A DNA stretch of 63,682 nt, the filler included, from Phoronis australis (taxonomy: Eukaryota > Animalia > Phoronida): the NCBI GenBank assembly GCA_002633005.1. It is 6 parts of 6 records of this genome, joined end to end, with 100 filler letters (N's around TTAATTAATTAA, not from the genome) between each part and the next. Parts side by side here need not be neighbours in the genome. Positions count along the whole stretch, not along the records: positions 23,176 to 41,187 come from NMRA01000500.1; positions 41,288 to 59,272 come from NMRA01001477.1; 4 more parts are not named here. One strand, 5' to 3'. The notes beneath the pieces were generated by a model, which did no database searches, had not been told where the DNA came from, and saw nothing but the letters and a program-made list of their open reading frames with translations. Every line of letters begins with the position of its first letter. Position 1 is the stretch's first letter. Of the stretch, positions 36,446 through 49,674 are shown piece after piece. The position numbers and the translations under genes are program-made.

Positions 36446-37392
36446 ACGTGTCCCTGGAGTTTTTCTAAGATAATTAAAAACCCTTCTCGATTTCGTCACA
36501 TGAACTTGGCTCATAAGTTTCGTGAAACCATATTTGTGCACATCTGGGTATGAGTCACACCACCAGCAAACATTTTTGTTGGAACATCTGCTTACACACA
36601 CCTTTTTAGCATACGAAAAAGTGTGGTCTGTATACAGGGGTTTAGACAACTACCAAATATCCATGAGCATAAGGAGCGTAAAAACTTGAATACCAGATGA
36701 TCGCAAAAGCCTCGAGCTGTTTAAGAATGAAGACCTGTACTGTTAGTCCGGAAATAAACATGTGTCCTGTCTCGTTACGAGAAAAACTGGCGAACGATGG
36801 TGCTCAGCTCATAGTCTATTATTAAAAGCGACAATAAACAATTAAGTATCACTTTATTAAGCTGAATCACGTTGACAACAATTGAAAAACGTAAAATGTA
36901 TCAGGAAACAAATCATCTGAAAACAGTTTCACGAAACCAAAACACTCTGTAGGCTTACACCGTGGTGAAAAGATATACAGGAGCATTTCGCAGAGGGACC
37001 AGATGTACACTGAGAGTACACAAAAACTCTGGCCTGGTCCGTCACGAGACCAAAAGTACAGCTGTGCTTATTACCCCTATAAAAATAGTCGATCTGTCGC
37101 GGGACCAAACAGTACTGGCTGAGATAAATAGTTTTACAAGGCACACTTTGGTAAAAAACATCACAAGACTAGTTCGCCGAAGGACCAGAAGTACACTGAA
37201 ACTCGATATCTACACAAATCAAGCTGGCCTGGTCCGTCGCGAGACTTAAAGCGTACTTTGCAAAAACAATTTGAATTGAAAACTTCTCTCTAGACACTTT
37301 TTAATCCCCAGTGGTTGCTCATACGTGTAGTTTACACATCTGGTGGTCAACTGCTGCGAGAGGTTGTCTAGGAAAAGGTTTTCGCACCGTTC

Positions 37393-38074
37393 TGTAGTAC
37401 TCACTGGAAGAAACAAGTATTGAGTACAGATTTAACTACGCCCTACGTGAAATAAGATTTTGGATATGAAGCAGATACTCAGGTGGAAATACAAACCAGA
37501 ATCAGTTTCTGTGCTCTTGTAGACCCTCTGCTGTACTGGGTAAATTTGGCATGTCTGAAAATAATTTCTACTTCGTTTTCATTGTAAACAAGCATAAAAA
37601 ACGACATTATTACAAACTGTGTATAATTATAACTTATTACCTGGGTGTTTCTCAAGGAACGTTGGTCCTATCTTTCTGTTGACTAGACTACCGAGGAATC
37701 TGTACATCGGATCCAATGGTTTGCCGCTCTTGGAACCATTCTGTACCCATACATCTTCGACGTTTGTTCCTGTTGTAATAAAGAAAGGGTCGGCTGGCTA
37801 AGCAGACACACAGGTTCGGGCCTATTAACACGGTGCAAGAGAAAAGTCCGGAGTATACTCACATTACGTCCATACAGGACGGCAGCGAACTCCAGAAGGC
37901 CCAGACGATCTTGTCACGTGGTCTTGAAGGGTGACTGGTCACGTGATAGAAGGGTGACCTCGGCTGGGCTCTTCTCGCGTTAGATGTCGCACCAGGCCAA
38001 GACCAACATTGTTAACAAAAGGACATCACAACATAGAGACGCCACAGCCGAGACTGACGTCGACATTTACTACA
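37393..38074 (-). mobile_element. Gypsy-type 3' LTR (682 bp) with adjacent PPT and residual internal sequence beyond 38075
   Basis: Inverted termini TGTAGTA...TACTACA. On the minus strand the PPT TTTAGGGAAGGGAGGAA abuts TGTAGTAA. Confidence 0.82.
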
Positions 38075-39589
38075 TTCCTCCCTTCCCTAAAGAAAAGGAG
38101 TGGAGCCCTTATAGCAAATGGCGAACGTCACTCCCAACACCTCAACATAAACCCTTGACCTAAGACAACAGTGACAAGACTTTAAACCCTATAACTAACA
38201 TGATGAGGAGTGACCTTGTAAAGTAAGAATTACTGTTTAAAATTTAATCTAACTATTCACCCCCCCTACCAAAAAACAAATACTAATTAGACACACAGTC
38301 ATAGCATATGTCCACTATAGTAGTCGAACTTGACTAAAAAATAAATAAAATAAAATATGCTCCACTAATACCAGTACCAGGGAGCATAGAATTCCTGGAC
38401 TATGCTATGACAACACTCTGATTGTTGGTGATGACCTGGCGAGAGAATATATACATTTTTTTTTTAAAACTAAAAAACTGAACAGCAAAAGCATACTGGC
38501 CATAAAATGAGTATTCATTACTTTAGTAGTGATGCACCGAGATATAAAATGATATAGTCTTTAATAACATACATAGACTATATAGGAAACTTAACTTAAT
38601 ATACAAAAATAAAATATATAGTAACAACTAATACATAATACTATAGAAAGTATAGTCTTAAATATATAAATAGACTATATATATGGTATGAAAACTTATA
38701 AAAAATATACTATATAGTTTTAACGAATAACACTACTATATAAAAATGATGGACCAGTACGCCACTTAAGAATGATTCCATATAAAAACCATATGAAAAT
38801 GAAAAATCACTATATACTCAAAAATTCATACAGAGCTAATACTTTGTGCATGTGTTGGGATGCTGGCCCAAAGTACACAGCTGCAATATTTGCACTCAAT
38901 GACCTTTGGTTACCGAGATATGACCTATTTGGCTATAAAGGCATATTTTGCATTTTTTCGTGTCAGTAAAACTGCATTTTTTGAACAGCAAAAAAATCAG
39001 ACTTGGAAAACTAGCGACAAAGTTTGACATTGATGGTCATAAAGACTCATGTAAGGTTAGTAAGAAAATGAAATTTGCAACTCATAGGTACAATTAAATT
39101 TCCAGCAGGGGAGAAAACTCCGAAACCACTTTTCAGGCCAGTCAGTAGTGGCAAGATGTTGCTTAACCTGCCTGCTATATCGGAATATATTTGAAGTTGA
39201 AATTCTCTGTGTAGACACTTCTAAGATTGAACTTTGATAATTGCTTTTAAAAAAACTTGTCTCTTATATATTTAGTGCTAAACGTGGTCCTCGAATTTGG
39301 GCATTTTTGTGATGTGGCCTTACTCTGACTGACAAGAGAATTGAGGCTACTCTTTTAGTTTAGAGATATCACCTAAAATATATGATCGAATATCAACAAT
39401 GCAATATCACAAAAAGTTAAATTTCACTTTTGAGACCCCAATTTTCTAAAACACTCCATGCTTTGTTTAACCTTACCAATAGCACTTTCGGGTTCGAGAT
39501 TACATGCACTTCCTGTCACTGCGAAGAATATGGAGGAATTTCCTTCTTGTACATTTGGTTAATTTTCGTTACATAAGTGTAATCGCGGA

Positions 39590-41187
39590 GGAAATGTGGC
39601 CTTCATTAGCTGTGTTAAAGACGTCAGAAGTCATCTGAAGTCGTGAAAAGTGCCACAGAAGTTTGAAAGTATATCGGAATTACAGCTGATTCTTGCCAGA
39701 GCTGGAGATAGGAGGTTGGACTGGCAAACCAATGGAAATGCGGCGTGATATATTTTACACATCGACATGAGTTTGGACTTGGCTTTAGACAAAAATTGAC
39801 GTGCTGTTATCCAGAACACAAAGCATATTGTCAGAGGGATAAACCAGGAACAAGCAAAACAGGATCTGATGTCATCTCTCACTCCACACATCAGTTTCCG
39901 TGAAGCAGAGTCCGACTGGTTTGGAAAAAAGGATGTCATGGCACGTGGCGGCTTGTATCACAAAGAAAGGTGAAAGCCACCAGATAAAAATAAATCCTCA
40001 ATTAGTATTCAACGTGTTACAAAGTAATTCTCAGATGTGCTCAATATTAAACAGAAAGCCAGTGATGAACAATGTTGTTGCCTTTACCTCTTTTTAGTAT
40101 ATTGATTTACTGTAACAGTACAAGATACGGGGAGTGTGCACTTAATATCTTGTCTTTTTCTCGCTATTTGCCAACAAAAGCTTGACAGTGATGCATTCTT
40201 TGTCTCTTAGTAGATTTTGCACACAAACCTTCATTTTACCTGAAGCCATTTTGTACTTATTATGGATGATTTTCATATCTTTGTGAAGGGGAAATTTCCC
40301 CCTCCCTAGAAATGTTTTGAAGGAGCTACTAATATATTATAACGTGTTGAGACGAACCATGTTTGATGTTGAGTGGTGTGATTGCGGTTTAGGTGGTAAT
40401 AAGATGTAATAAGGTAGTTCTTTAAACTAGCTGACCTATTTGTGTTACATAATTGTTGTATTTCAGGTACATGCTTACATCCATACTCTAGATGCCTGCA
40501 AACAAGACTTTTTCGCTGTTTGCTGTTTAACGCTAGATGTGCTAAGGCAGGTGAAACCTAGGGATCCACAAATAACAATGCAAATTGTTACCATTCAGCC
40601 GCCCTTCTGATTCATTTGTTCTACATATCTGGTAACACCGGCATCTCCATTCTGCGTTACGACTTCAGTGAAAGTCAGAAGGGAAAAGACATCTGTGACA
40701 GGAAAATCGCACAGTTGAAGTCCAATGCCAAGTACTTCGTCAATGAAGGCAACAAAATGCAGTCGACCTGAAATATGCGCTAGAGTCTAGAAGAGGTGTC
40801 AAAGGCTGTTATGTGTCGGCCTGTAGTGTGGATGCCCCAAAGGTCCTTTCCAAGCACAGTATCCCAGGGATAAGTTTGCTGACAAACTTTGAGTATTCCG
40901 CGGATGGCATTCGAGCATGGAAGGCCTATAGAGTAGGGGAGGGAAAACTTGTCATCAACAAATCATGTAAACTGTTGCCTCTGAAACTAAAAGTCTTGAC
41001 CTTGCAACACTCGAGTGTTTTACAACTCCAAGGGTTGAGTCGGGGCTGGTATCCAGTGAACGTCATACGAAGTTCACATGCACACACTATGGGTGCTCGA
41101 AATCTTTTCCGACAGATGCTGAGCTAAATGAGCACTTGGATGTTGGTGCTCATTCATCATCCCTCCAGAACGAGAATCAGTAGAATC
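39590..41187 (+). pseudogene. Decayed, intron-containing DNA transposase, probably Sola3-like
   Basis: Fragments ELQLILARAG, HIVRGINQEQAKQD, FREAESDWFGKK(G)MSWHV, KQDFFAV, NANCYH, YDFSESQKGKDICDRKIA and IPGISLLTNFEY...RAWKAYRVGEG, with stops and frameshifts. Superfamily assigned from recalled motifs. Confidence 0.65.
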
Positions 41188-41287
41188 NNNNNNNNNNNNN
41201 NNNNNNNNNNNNNNNNNNNNNNNNNNNNNNNTTAATTAATTAANNNNNNNNNNNNNNNNNNNNNNNNNNNNNNNNNNNNNNNNNNNN

Positions 41288-41476
41288 GTTCGAGTTGGAA
41301 GGAATTAAACACATCGACAACCTCCTCAGGTGTTCCTCTATGTGCAAAAGGTATTTATAACAATGTGACTTTGATGGTTTAGTCGGTGCGAGGCATAATT
41401 CGCCGAAAAGCTTCCGGCGTACAGAGCGCCTATAGCATCTGCTTCGGGCCAACAGAGGCGATGGTCATTGCCTACG
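41288..41476. mobile_element. Terminal fragment of the long-TIR element also at 59606-60373
   Basis: Near-identical to 60173-60373; both copies end ...GGTCATTGCCTACG and then diverge. Confidence 0.8.
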
Positions 41477-41479
41477 GAT

Positions 41480-41575
41480 ATAGCTGTCCCTGATTTAGAG
41501 AACCAGGCAATCACTGAATAACGGGCCCATTATTCAGGGGATGAAACTGGTTCACTAAATCAGGGACCGCTATTA
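41480..41575. repeat. ~95-bp imperfect palindrome (small MITE or hairpin)
   Basis: ATAGCTGTCCCTGATTTAGAGAACCAG...CTGAATAA pairs with TTATTCAG...CTGGTTCACTAAATCAGGGACCGCTAT. Confidence 0.8.
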
Positions 41576-44548
41576 CCGACCAGTCCGAGAATTGTGCACG
41601 AAAATAATTTCGAAGTCTATGTTCAGTAACAGTCACAGCAGTTGTCGTTGTATTTTGTTGTTAGTCTTCATACGGCTAGCCAGATACCTTAGTCCTAGAA
41701 ATTTCGCTGTGCCTGTATATCTGTTAGTCGTCACATTGTTAAACTTTATATCAACATGTAGATTTAAAGACTGGTGGGGGTGAATGCAAAATGTGGGAGT
41801 CAACTGATCGTGCCTGTTACAGCTGTTTAGATGGAAAACAATCTAATAAATGGCATTGCATTGTATAATTCTCCGACTTTTGTAGTCAATGTGAAAGTAG
41901 GGTACACTCGTGACAGTACAGACCATTTGCTGCACATCATCTTTGGAGAGATGATGACAGCTTCGCAGAAGCAAAATTTGCTCAGGCATCCAGTTCGCTA
42001 AGTATAAAAATACTAAAACTTATGATAAAATATAACTGTGCCGATAATTTGTTGTGTCGTGTATAAAAGGGATTGGAAGAAGAACAGTTGGCAAAAAAAG
42101 AAAGTGGCCAATAGGGGACGCTCTATTTCATAGCGCTGAAACTGAAAGCTGCCGCATAACATCACTCCACAGATTTAGTAGCAGAGTACTAGTAATGGTA
42201 GAATGGCATTGTTTGGCATCGGAATTTACTCCGCGAAGAGTGTAGTTTTTAATCACATTAATTTCGTGTCAAATTTTGTTTGACCAGTTTTGTTTACTGA
42301 CATCACCAGTGTAAGACTATGTTTACACAGCTTTGCATTAGGGCTATATCAAGGTACTTTACAACAGTACGTTGGAACATGGGTAAAAAGTGAGCAAATG
42401 AAAATCTGACACAAAATTAATGCCACTAAAATCTAACTTGGATTAAAACTACATTTCAGAGGTCTTAAGATCCAAATTCAAGATATATATAATTTTCAAA
42501 AACAATTTAAATTTACCATTACTTTGGTTTTGAGAAATGTATTTAACCACGGACTTCGTACAGTGCTTTCATACCTTTGTACCTCTTCGAGAACCCAGTC
42601 CTAATCTCAATCCTTGAAATAAATTCCGTTCCTAACCGGTGTTCGAGCTTCAGCAAATAAATGTACTGGCCTGCCGGGCCAATTTCTTGAATATGAGACC
42701 ACGTCCACATACATGTAGGACCAACGGGCCAGCATGTATTTTGAACGGTGTACCTAACACTAATGGTAAGCTTAGCAGAAGTTTAAAAAAATATATCTGA
42801 TCATCTTGAAGCAGTTCCTAGTAGAAAGCATCGGAGTGATACATAAATAATTGTGACTTTGTTTAACTTCTGGACAATATAGACTCTTAAAATGCAAAAT
42901 TACCTTATCTTGGTGAGCGGAGGGAAAACTGCCATTACTACGACAATGTTATTCTACATTTATGATAGTGGACATGTGTCAACTTTTAGCGCTACAAAAT
43001 AAAGCATCTGTTTTCTCCAATTTCTGTTTTCAACAATTCTTCAATCCATGATTGTACTTCTTAAGTTGTTTTTACGTACATCAATCAACTGAAGTTCTGA
43101 GCAGAACTTTTGTTATGGCAACACTGTCACCATCTTCCAAAGACGCCACTTTACCTTTTTACCAAAAATCTAGCAGATGGTACATCCGTGTATGACAAGT
43201 AGACTGCTTTTAAATCGACTTAGACTCTCTTTTTTGTTTCAAAAGTGGGGGAATGATGAAATTCATCAGATTGTGTTTGTTCGAGGGCAATTCCATCTGT
43301 GACAGACGTACAGTCAGAGAACGTTTTGATCAATTGTGAAAAAATGTTCATCCTGGGAAAATAGTTAATACATCAATTGATAGGTCTCATTGATAGCTTT
43401 CAAAACCTGTATCAACTTTTCCCCTATATTTTAATCCGACTGAGGAAATTTCCATTAAAGGGTTGTGACGGACGTACGCAGAGAATTTGAAATTTTTTTT
43501 TTGTTAATTTTCTGTGAATTGCATTAAGTTACAATTTTTTGTTTATATGATGATATAGTGGAATGTTTGCAAAGTACACCACACTACATTTTTGATGATA
43601 TCTTTCAAGAAATTTTTGTCAGCTCGATAGAAGATGAGTTGGTGTGACGGACGTACCCTCTGAATTTCTAGTTTTAAATTGTGTGTTGTGACTATGATGT
43701 CAACTCAAAATGATTCAAACTTTTGCAGTATTTAAGTTATATTGGTCTTTTGCTACCAATTCATTTTTTTAATTAAAATATACCGTTTGACCTTTGGCAC
43801 GATATCATCACAGGTAGGCCTATGCTGGGAACATACTCTAGGATTTTAACTTTTCAATACATTTGATTAAAGCTATAAAACAAACACCTAAAATCTTCAC
43901 TTCCCTTTGAAGATGGTAAGCCATCATAGGTGGAAATGAGAGTGATAATCATTTTGTATTTCAAAGCTGTTAGTTATCAGGAAAATCTATTTTTATGCGT
44001 TAAAATCAATAAGTGAATGTGACTGTCAAAATATAAAATCTAAAATAAAAGTTTAAAACATTACTAATCACTGTCATAAAACACATTTTAATTAATTATT
44101 TTTAAATTAGAACTCGCCCTAAGCTTGCACAAAATTATTCTCTGGACCATGCCGTTGATGGTTCTGATGAATGCCTTGTAAGTACTAATCATGGTGATTT
44201 TTCAAAGTATTAGTAACAGGATGTCAGTATCTTCTTTAAACAAACTGTGAGGCATGGTTTAGTAGACAGCATCAACTGTTGACATTCATAATTGGATTCA
44301 AATTCCCTTTGCTTTCTGTGAAAACAAGACATTTTTATTTTATTGCATTTAGGATTATGATTTAGGAATATGTAGAACTAACTTATCAGATGTTGGTTTC
44401 TATATACATGTAGGGATTAGCATGATTAGGTTTTCATTCAGCTCTTCAACTCATGCCTTCTTTTGAAATTTAAAGAGAGGCTGGTTTAAATTATGTCACA
44501 TCGCAGTACGCACAAGTGCAATTATGAATTTCTTGATCCACGATGGCA

Positions 44549-46058
44549 TTTTTTATGCGCCCACATATTTATATGTGGACGCATTATGCCGTCATCTCAG
44601 TTCGTCCGTCCGTCCGTCCGTCCGGGCAGCGTCCGGCGTCCGCTGCTCTATCTCCAAAACCCTTTGACATACGTTCATGAAATTTGGCACATATGTTCCA
44701 TTCATGAATGGGACGGCATGTGCGAACTTTCGGACGGATCCGACTACCGGTGTTCCCCCTAGTGGCAATTTTAGTTTTTTACGCTTACCTTTGTATCTTC
44801 AAAAGTCCTGAACGGATTTTCATGAAATTTGGTATGTAGGCACCTATTAGTGAGATGACGCTATCCTCTCGTTTTCGGATGGATTCGACATAGTTTGCGC
44901 CACCTGGTGACCATTTTTAGTGTTTTCAAGTCTGTTTTTGTGCGTCCACCCCTCTATCAACCAAACTGCTCAAAGGATGATTGTGAAAATTGGCATGTAT
45001 ATGCTTACTATGTAGAGGACGGTTGACAATGATTTTCCGACGACTTCGGCTACTGTGGTGCCTCCTAGTGGCAGTTTTGTTTTTTTTGCGCCTATGGCTG
45101 TATCTCCTAAACCGTTCGCAGGATCTTTACGAAATTGTGTAAGTGTATTTATATGATGTTAACAATAGAATATGACGACTTTTGGACGGATCCGACTACT
45201 GGTGTGCCCCCTAGTGGCAATTTTAATTTTTTTACGCTTACCTTTGTATCTTCAAAAGTCCTGAACGGATTTCCATGAAATTTGGTATGTAGGCACCTAT
45301 TGGTGAGATGACGCTATCCTCCCGTTTTCAGATGGATTCGACATAGTTTGCGCCACCTAGTGGCCATTTTTAGTGTTTTCGAGTCTGTTTTTGTGCGTCC
45401 ACCCCTCTATCAACCAAACCGCTCAAAGGATGATTGTGAAAATTGGCATGTATATGTTTACTATGTAGAGGACAGTTGACGATGATTTTCCGACGATTTC
45501 GACTACTGTGGCGCCTCGTAGTGGCAGTTTTTTTTGCGCCCATGGCTGTATCTCCCAAACCGTTTGCAGGATCTTTACTAAATTTAGCAAGTGTATTTAC
45601 GTGATGTTGACAACGGACGATGACGACTTTAGGATGATTCGGACTACCGGTATGCCTCTAGTGGCAATTTTAGTATTTTACATTGACCTCTGTATTTTCA
45701 TAGGTCTTCTACTTTGTGTTTCTTCGTGACTATGAAGGAAAAGTTCCAAGTAAAAATTTGTTTTTGGCATTCTACTGCTGTACTAATCTCGTATGTTGGT
45801 AAATTTGTTTTTAATTCTATGTTTCTGTGGTGCTTTAAACAACTGATGTATAGGATGTGCTTGTATTATGAAGATCACTCACATTTTGCTCCTAGCCTAT
45901 TGAGGAGACAATGACCATCCCTTTCCATTTTGCAAAGTACAACATACTACCTATATGCCCTCCACTGGCCACCTAATGGTACCAATAAACAACCCTAGAA
46001 GGATACCGTATACGGTGCAATTGTGGGCGCATTTCAACGCTCTGCGTTGCTCTTGTTT
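44549..46058 (+). mobile_element. Helentron-associated non-autonomous element (HINE / DINE-1-like) with internal tandem array
   Basis: T-run, subTIR ATGCGCCCACA with adjacent inverted copy, (GTCC)n microsatellite, ~150-bp monomers in ~450-bp triplets, 3' subTIR TGTGGGCGCAT, hairpin CAACGC-TCT-GCGTTG and CTCTTGTT end. Confidence 0.88.
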
Positions 46059-48199
46059 CAAGTTTCAAAGAATACTTGGGCAGGTATTTATTCATCTGTT
46101 CTTCCTCTAGTCTCCAACAATTTCCTTTATGATTTCTAATCACCGATTTAATCTCCTCGAAGCTCAGCAGAAAAAAAAATCAGTCTAATTCTTAAATAGA
46201 TTGAGGGATCAAAAATACATAAGATGAGACAATGTAATCATTTGCTTTGAATCATTTCATACAAGCTACCAATGACCACATACACTGAAAAACACAAAAG
46301 GGGTGACTACAGTCAGTGAGGTTGTGACAAAAATGCCCAATAAAATAGGTGACAAGTTCCTACCGCTTAAAAATGCCCAGTATCGGCTTTTTCAACACAC
46401 AATGTCCACAGCATAGCAGGTCAGTGCAGAAATAACATGTTAATTCCAGCGCAATAGCAACTTAACATGTATTTTTTTAGGTCTCTTGTTATTTATACTC
46501 TCGTATGAAGATTTTTGCATCTTGAATTTCCCAAAAGCTAAGCATTTCTTTACAAACACAGGATTCCAACAGATAAGTTCATTAAATTTGCATTTTNAAT
46601 ACAAAAACTATACCAAGTAAGTCCTTAAACCACCTTGAAAAAGTTGAGTTTAGTAACAGGAGTAAATCAGGTATAACTAACTAAGACCAACATAAACACT
46701 CATACAGGTATACTTACGAAGTGACGTGAAATGCTGACATGACGTACTGAGCTAAAATCTTAGGATTAAATGTTCGTTTAGGCTGCGACAGTTGCTTGTC
46801 CTTGTAAATTATTCTGAGCAATGATCGATATGCAGAACAGGCAGTTTTTTGATTATTTGGTCGGTCAATCAATGTGGTGTCGTCTTGTGCTGGTAAACTG
46901 AATGCAGTCTTGTTACTATCTGTTTTTCTCATGACAGTGACTTTGATACCATCTCTTTCAACCATCATGGTCTATGCAACGTTTGAGCTCCTAGGACACA
47001 ATTGCTCCATCGAAATTGGAATCCTAGCGTGAAAGAAATATCTCGGAGTCAAAACAGCTAACCAGCCCGAAAAACAAACCCGGCTTTTAAAACGCGAACC
47101 CCAGTGATCAAATAGGGAACCTTGACAATTTTTCAAATTTTCTAAGACAACGTCAATAGCCTCAAACTGAGCATTTTCTAGTACTTTCCATTTGTTTTCT
47201 GAATTTGTTAAAGATTAGCAATAATAAAACGTAACTTAAGTTATGTTGACTTGTTGCTTAAAACTCGTGCAATTTGTGGTCACCAACTTTTCTGTTCTTG
47301 TCCTCAAGAAGAGTTACTTCAACTCCTCAATGATCACTAAATTTGGAAACGGAATTTCTGAACTCTACGCATTCACATGCTTTTTTGGTAGATAATCCCT
47401 TAGAATTCTGTGACCATTGTGGCATCCACCACTCAAGCACATGTCATTTTTCATTGTTCACCCTGTCTAGTAAACTGTACACACGTCCGCGATCAGTCCT
47501 AAGTTGTTTAAAACAACATATCACATCAACTATTTAAAATAGGTAGATTTATTGTTTCATCAAAATGTGAAATTGATACAAATCGTATGAACACAGAGTG
47601 CTAATAAAGGCACTATTTTCTTGCAATAAACTATGTTGGAAAGCAAGTACAGGAGTGGTGTTTCGGTCCGGGGTGTCCTGTCCGATCTCCAGGGTTTCTG
47701 TTTTAGAGGTCGGGGTTTGTGTTTTTCGGTCTGGTAAGCTGTTTTGAAGGTGCGGTAGTACGTTTTTGACTCTGGTCTATCTGCTTAACACCGTAATACC
47801 AGTTTTGATGGAACATCTTGCTTGAAACGAATACCTCGGAACTCAACAACCACAAAATCACTGACAGAAAAAAGACTAATCAGTCCCCCTGATAAAGGGG
47901 GATATGCCTCCGGTGAAGTGGGCGGATTTTCAGCTTGTGCTTTGGGTGAAGTTTGTGGATTTTTCAGCTGGTTGCTATAGTAAATGAAGGGGACCTTCAG
48001 TGCATGTGTTCTTCACCGCAGTGTGTGTCGATGTTACTGTTAGCCGTGAACTATCGCTGAACGGGGAGTACTTGGCTCAGTAGATGATTAACAGTGACTT
48101 TAACAATTCTTCATAGATATTTGTTCAAATTAATCATACACACCTTTTAAAAATTGAGTCATGAAAAGTAAATCTTTACTTAGTGGCTGCAAAAGATGG

Positions 48200-48764
48200 T
48201 CACATTTCTTACATCATGTCACATCTGTAACAAACTGTTACAGATGTGACTTGAAATGTTTTTTGATTTTTTTGGAACTGGATTGAGATACATTTGAGAA
48301 ATTTTGCTAAATTATGTTGATTAGGGTGAATAAAGAGAAAATTAAATTGTGTTAAAATTGATTTACTTTTTTTCCTAAAATCAAAACTTTTGTTACTTAA
48401 ATGTTACAGATGTGACTTTCACTAATTTGAAAGTTTAATTGGAAATACTAATTATCAAAAAATCAGGTAGTTTCAACTGTTAGTATACTTCTTGTGTAGC
48501 AAATGATGTATTAAAACAATTTTGGCATTTATTTCTTCATGTCTGTAGAAAAAATTGTGAAAAAAGTTATGTCACATCTGTAACGCAAAATTTTACAAAT
48601 AAGAGATAAACCTTCCGATAAAAGCAAAATTTTTAAGACTAACAGAAAATGGACCTGCAGACAACAAAATTCAATGATTAAACTATGTGTTAACATCAAA
48701 ATGAAAGTTAAAAGGCTGATTTGAAATTTTTAAGTCCATGGCACAAATACCGTGGAATGCACCT
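48200..48764. mobile_element. DNA-transposon end with repeated GTCACATCTGTAAC subterminal motifs
   Basis: Motif occurs in both orientations at ~48219, 48237, 48403 and 48571; candidate terminus GTGGAATGCACC. Confidence 0.45.
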
Positions 48765-49557
48765 ACAGCCATGTCACCAGCAATAACTTGTACAGCCCTT
48801 TCTCCAGCAATAACCAACTGTCAATTCTTTCAAAGTCCAGAATCATCTCCAATTTGATTAAGGAGTAAACTTAGACCAATTTCATAACAGTAAGTCACCT
48901 AAATCAATTTGTTTTTTGTCATGAAGTGTGGGCTTATTGCTGCTTCAACATCATTCAGTCGTAATTTAAGGGAACTAGCTAGACTTGGTGCTCGGCTGCA
49001 GCGGCCGCGAAAATACAAAAAATAATACCAAAGTAAACTTAGAGATTTGCATGATCTGTTACGCCTAATAATAATTGCAGTAAATGTTTGTCCTCATCTC
49101 AGGCTATTACGACACTGACCACTTACAGCATTTTTGCGATTAACTGTCTGCCTCGCACTGCGTCGAAATGCAACAATGAGTTCCAACAGATATGTTTTTC
49201 AAAAGCATTAACCAACAGGGTCAATGAGACCTCAGCTTCCAAAGGTGAAAAACTAATAAAAGGAATAAGAATTGAAGAAGAAATACCAGTAGAGGAGTCG
49301 ACCTCAGTTCACCGCACTGCAAAAATGTAACTGCATCCTCTAATACACTTTGCTAGCAATATAAATTGTAATTTCTTCCAAGGTTCAATTTTTGGATAAG
49401 CTCATTTTAGATTTGGACAAGTTGAATTGAAGTACAGTTTTGTCTGAAAGGACAACCAGTCAAAAAAGTTAATGCTGAGACCCGGAGAATCTTTCCAGGA
49501 AGCATTGCTGGCCAAAGATTAGTCTGAAAACTGAAAAGCCTGCTAGTAATTACTTAC

Positions 49558-49674
49558 ATCCTTAAACTGGACCAAACCCATTTCACCCAATTCTGACATC
49601 ACGGTGTAAGAGGCCTCCGACTGGAGAAATAGCTGGCACAGCGCCATCTTCTGGCTGCGAAACAAAGCACCCAT
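49558..49674 (-). CDS. ATP6V0A1: V-type proton ATPase V0 subunit a (116 kDa), first coding exon
   Basis: [39 protein letters not shown]|GTAAGT closely matches the subunit-a N-terminus ([31 protein letters not shown]). Acceptor tatAG at ~49706. The paralogue number is not resolvable. Confidence 0.93.
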
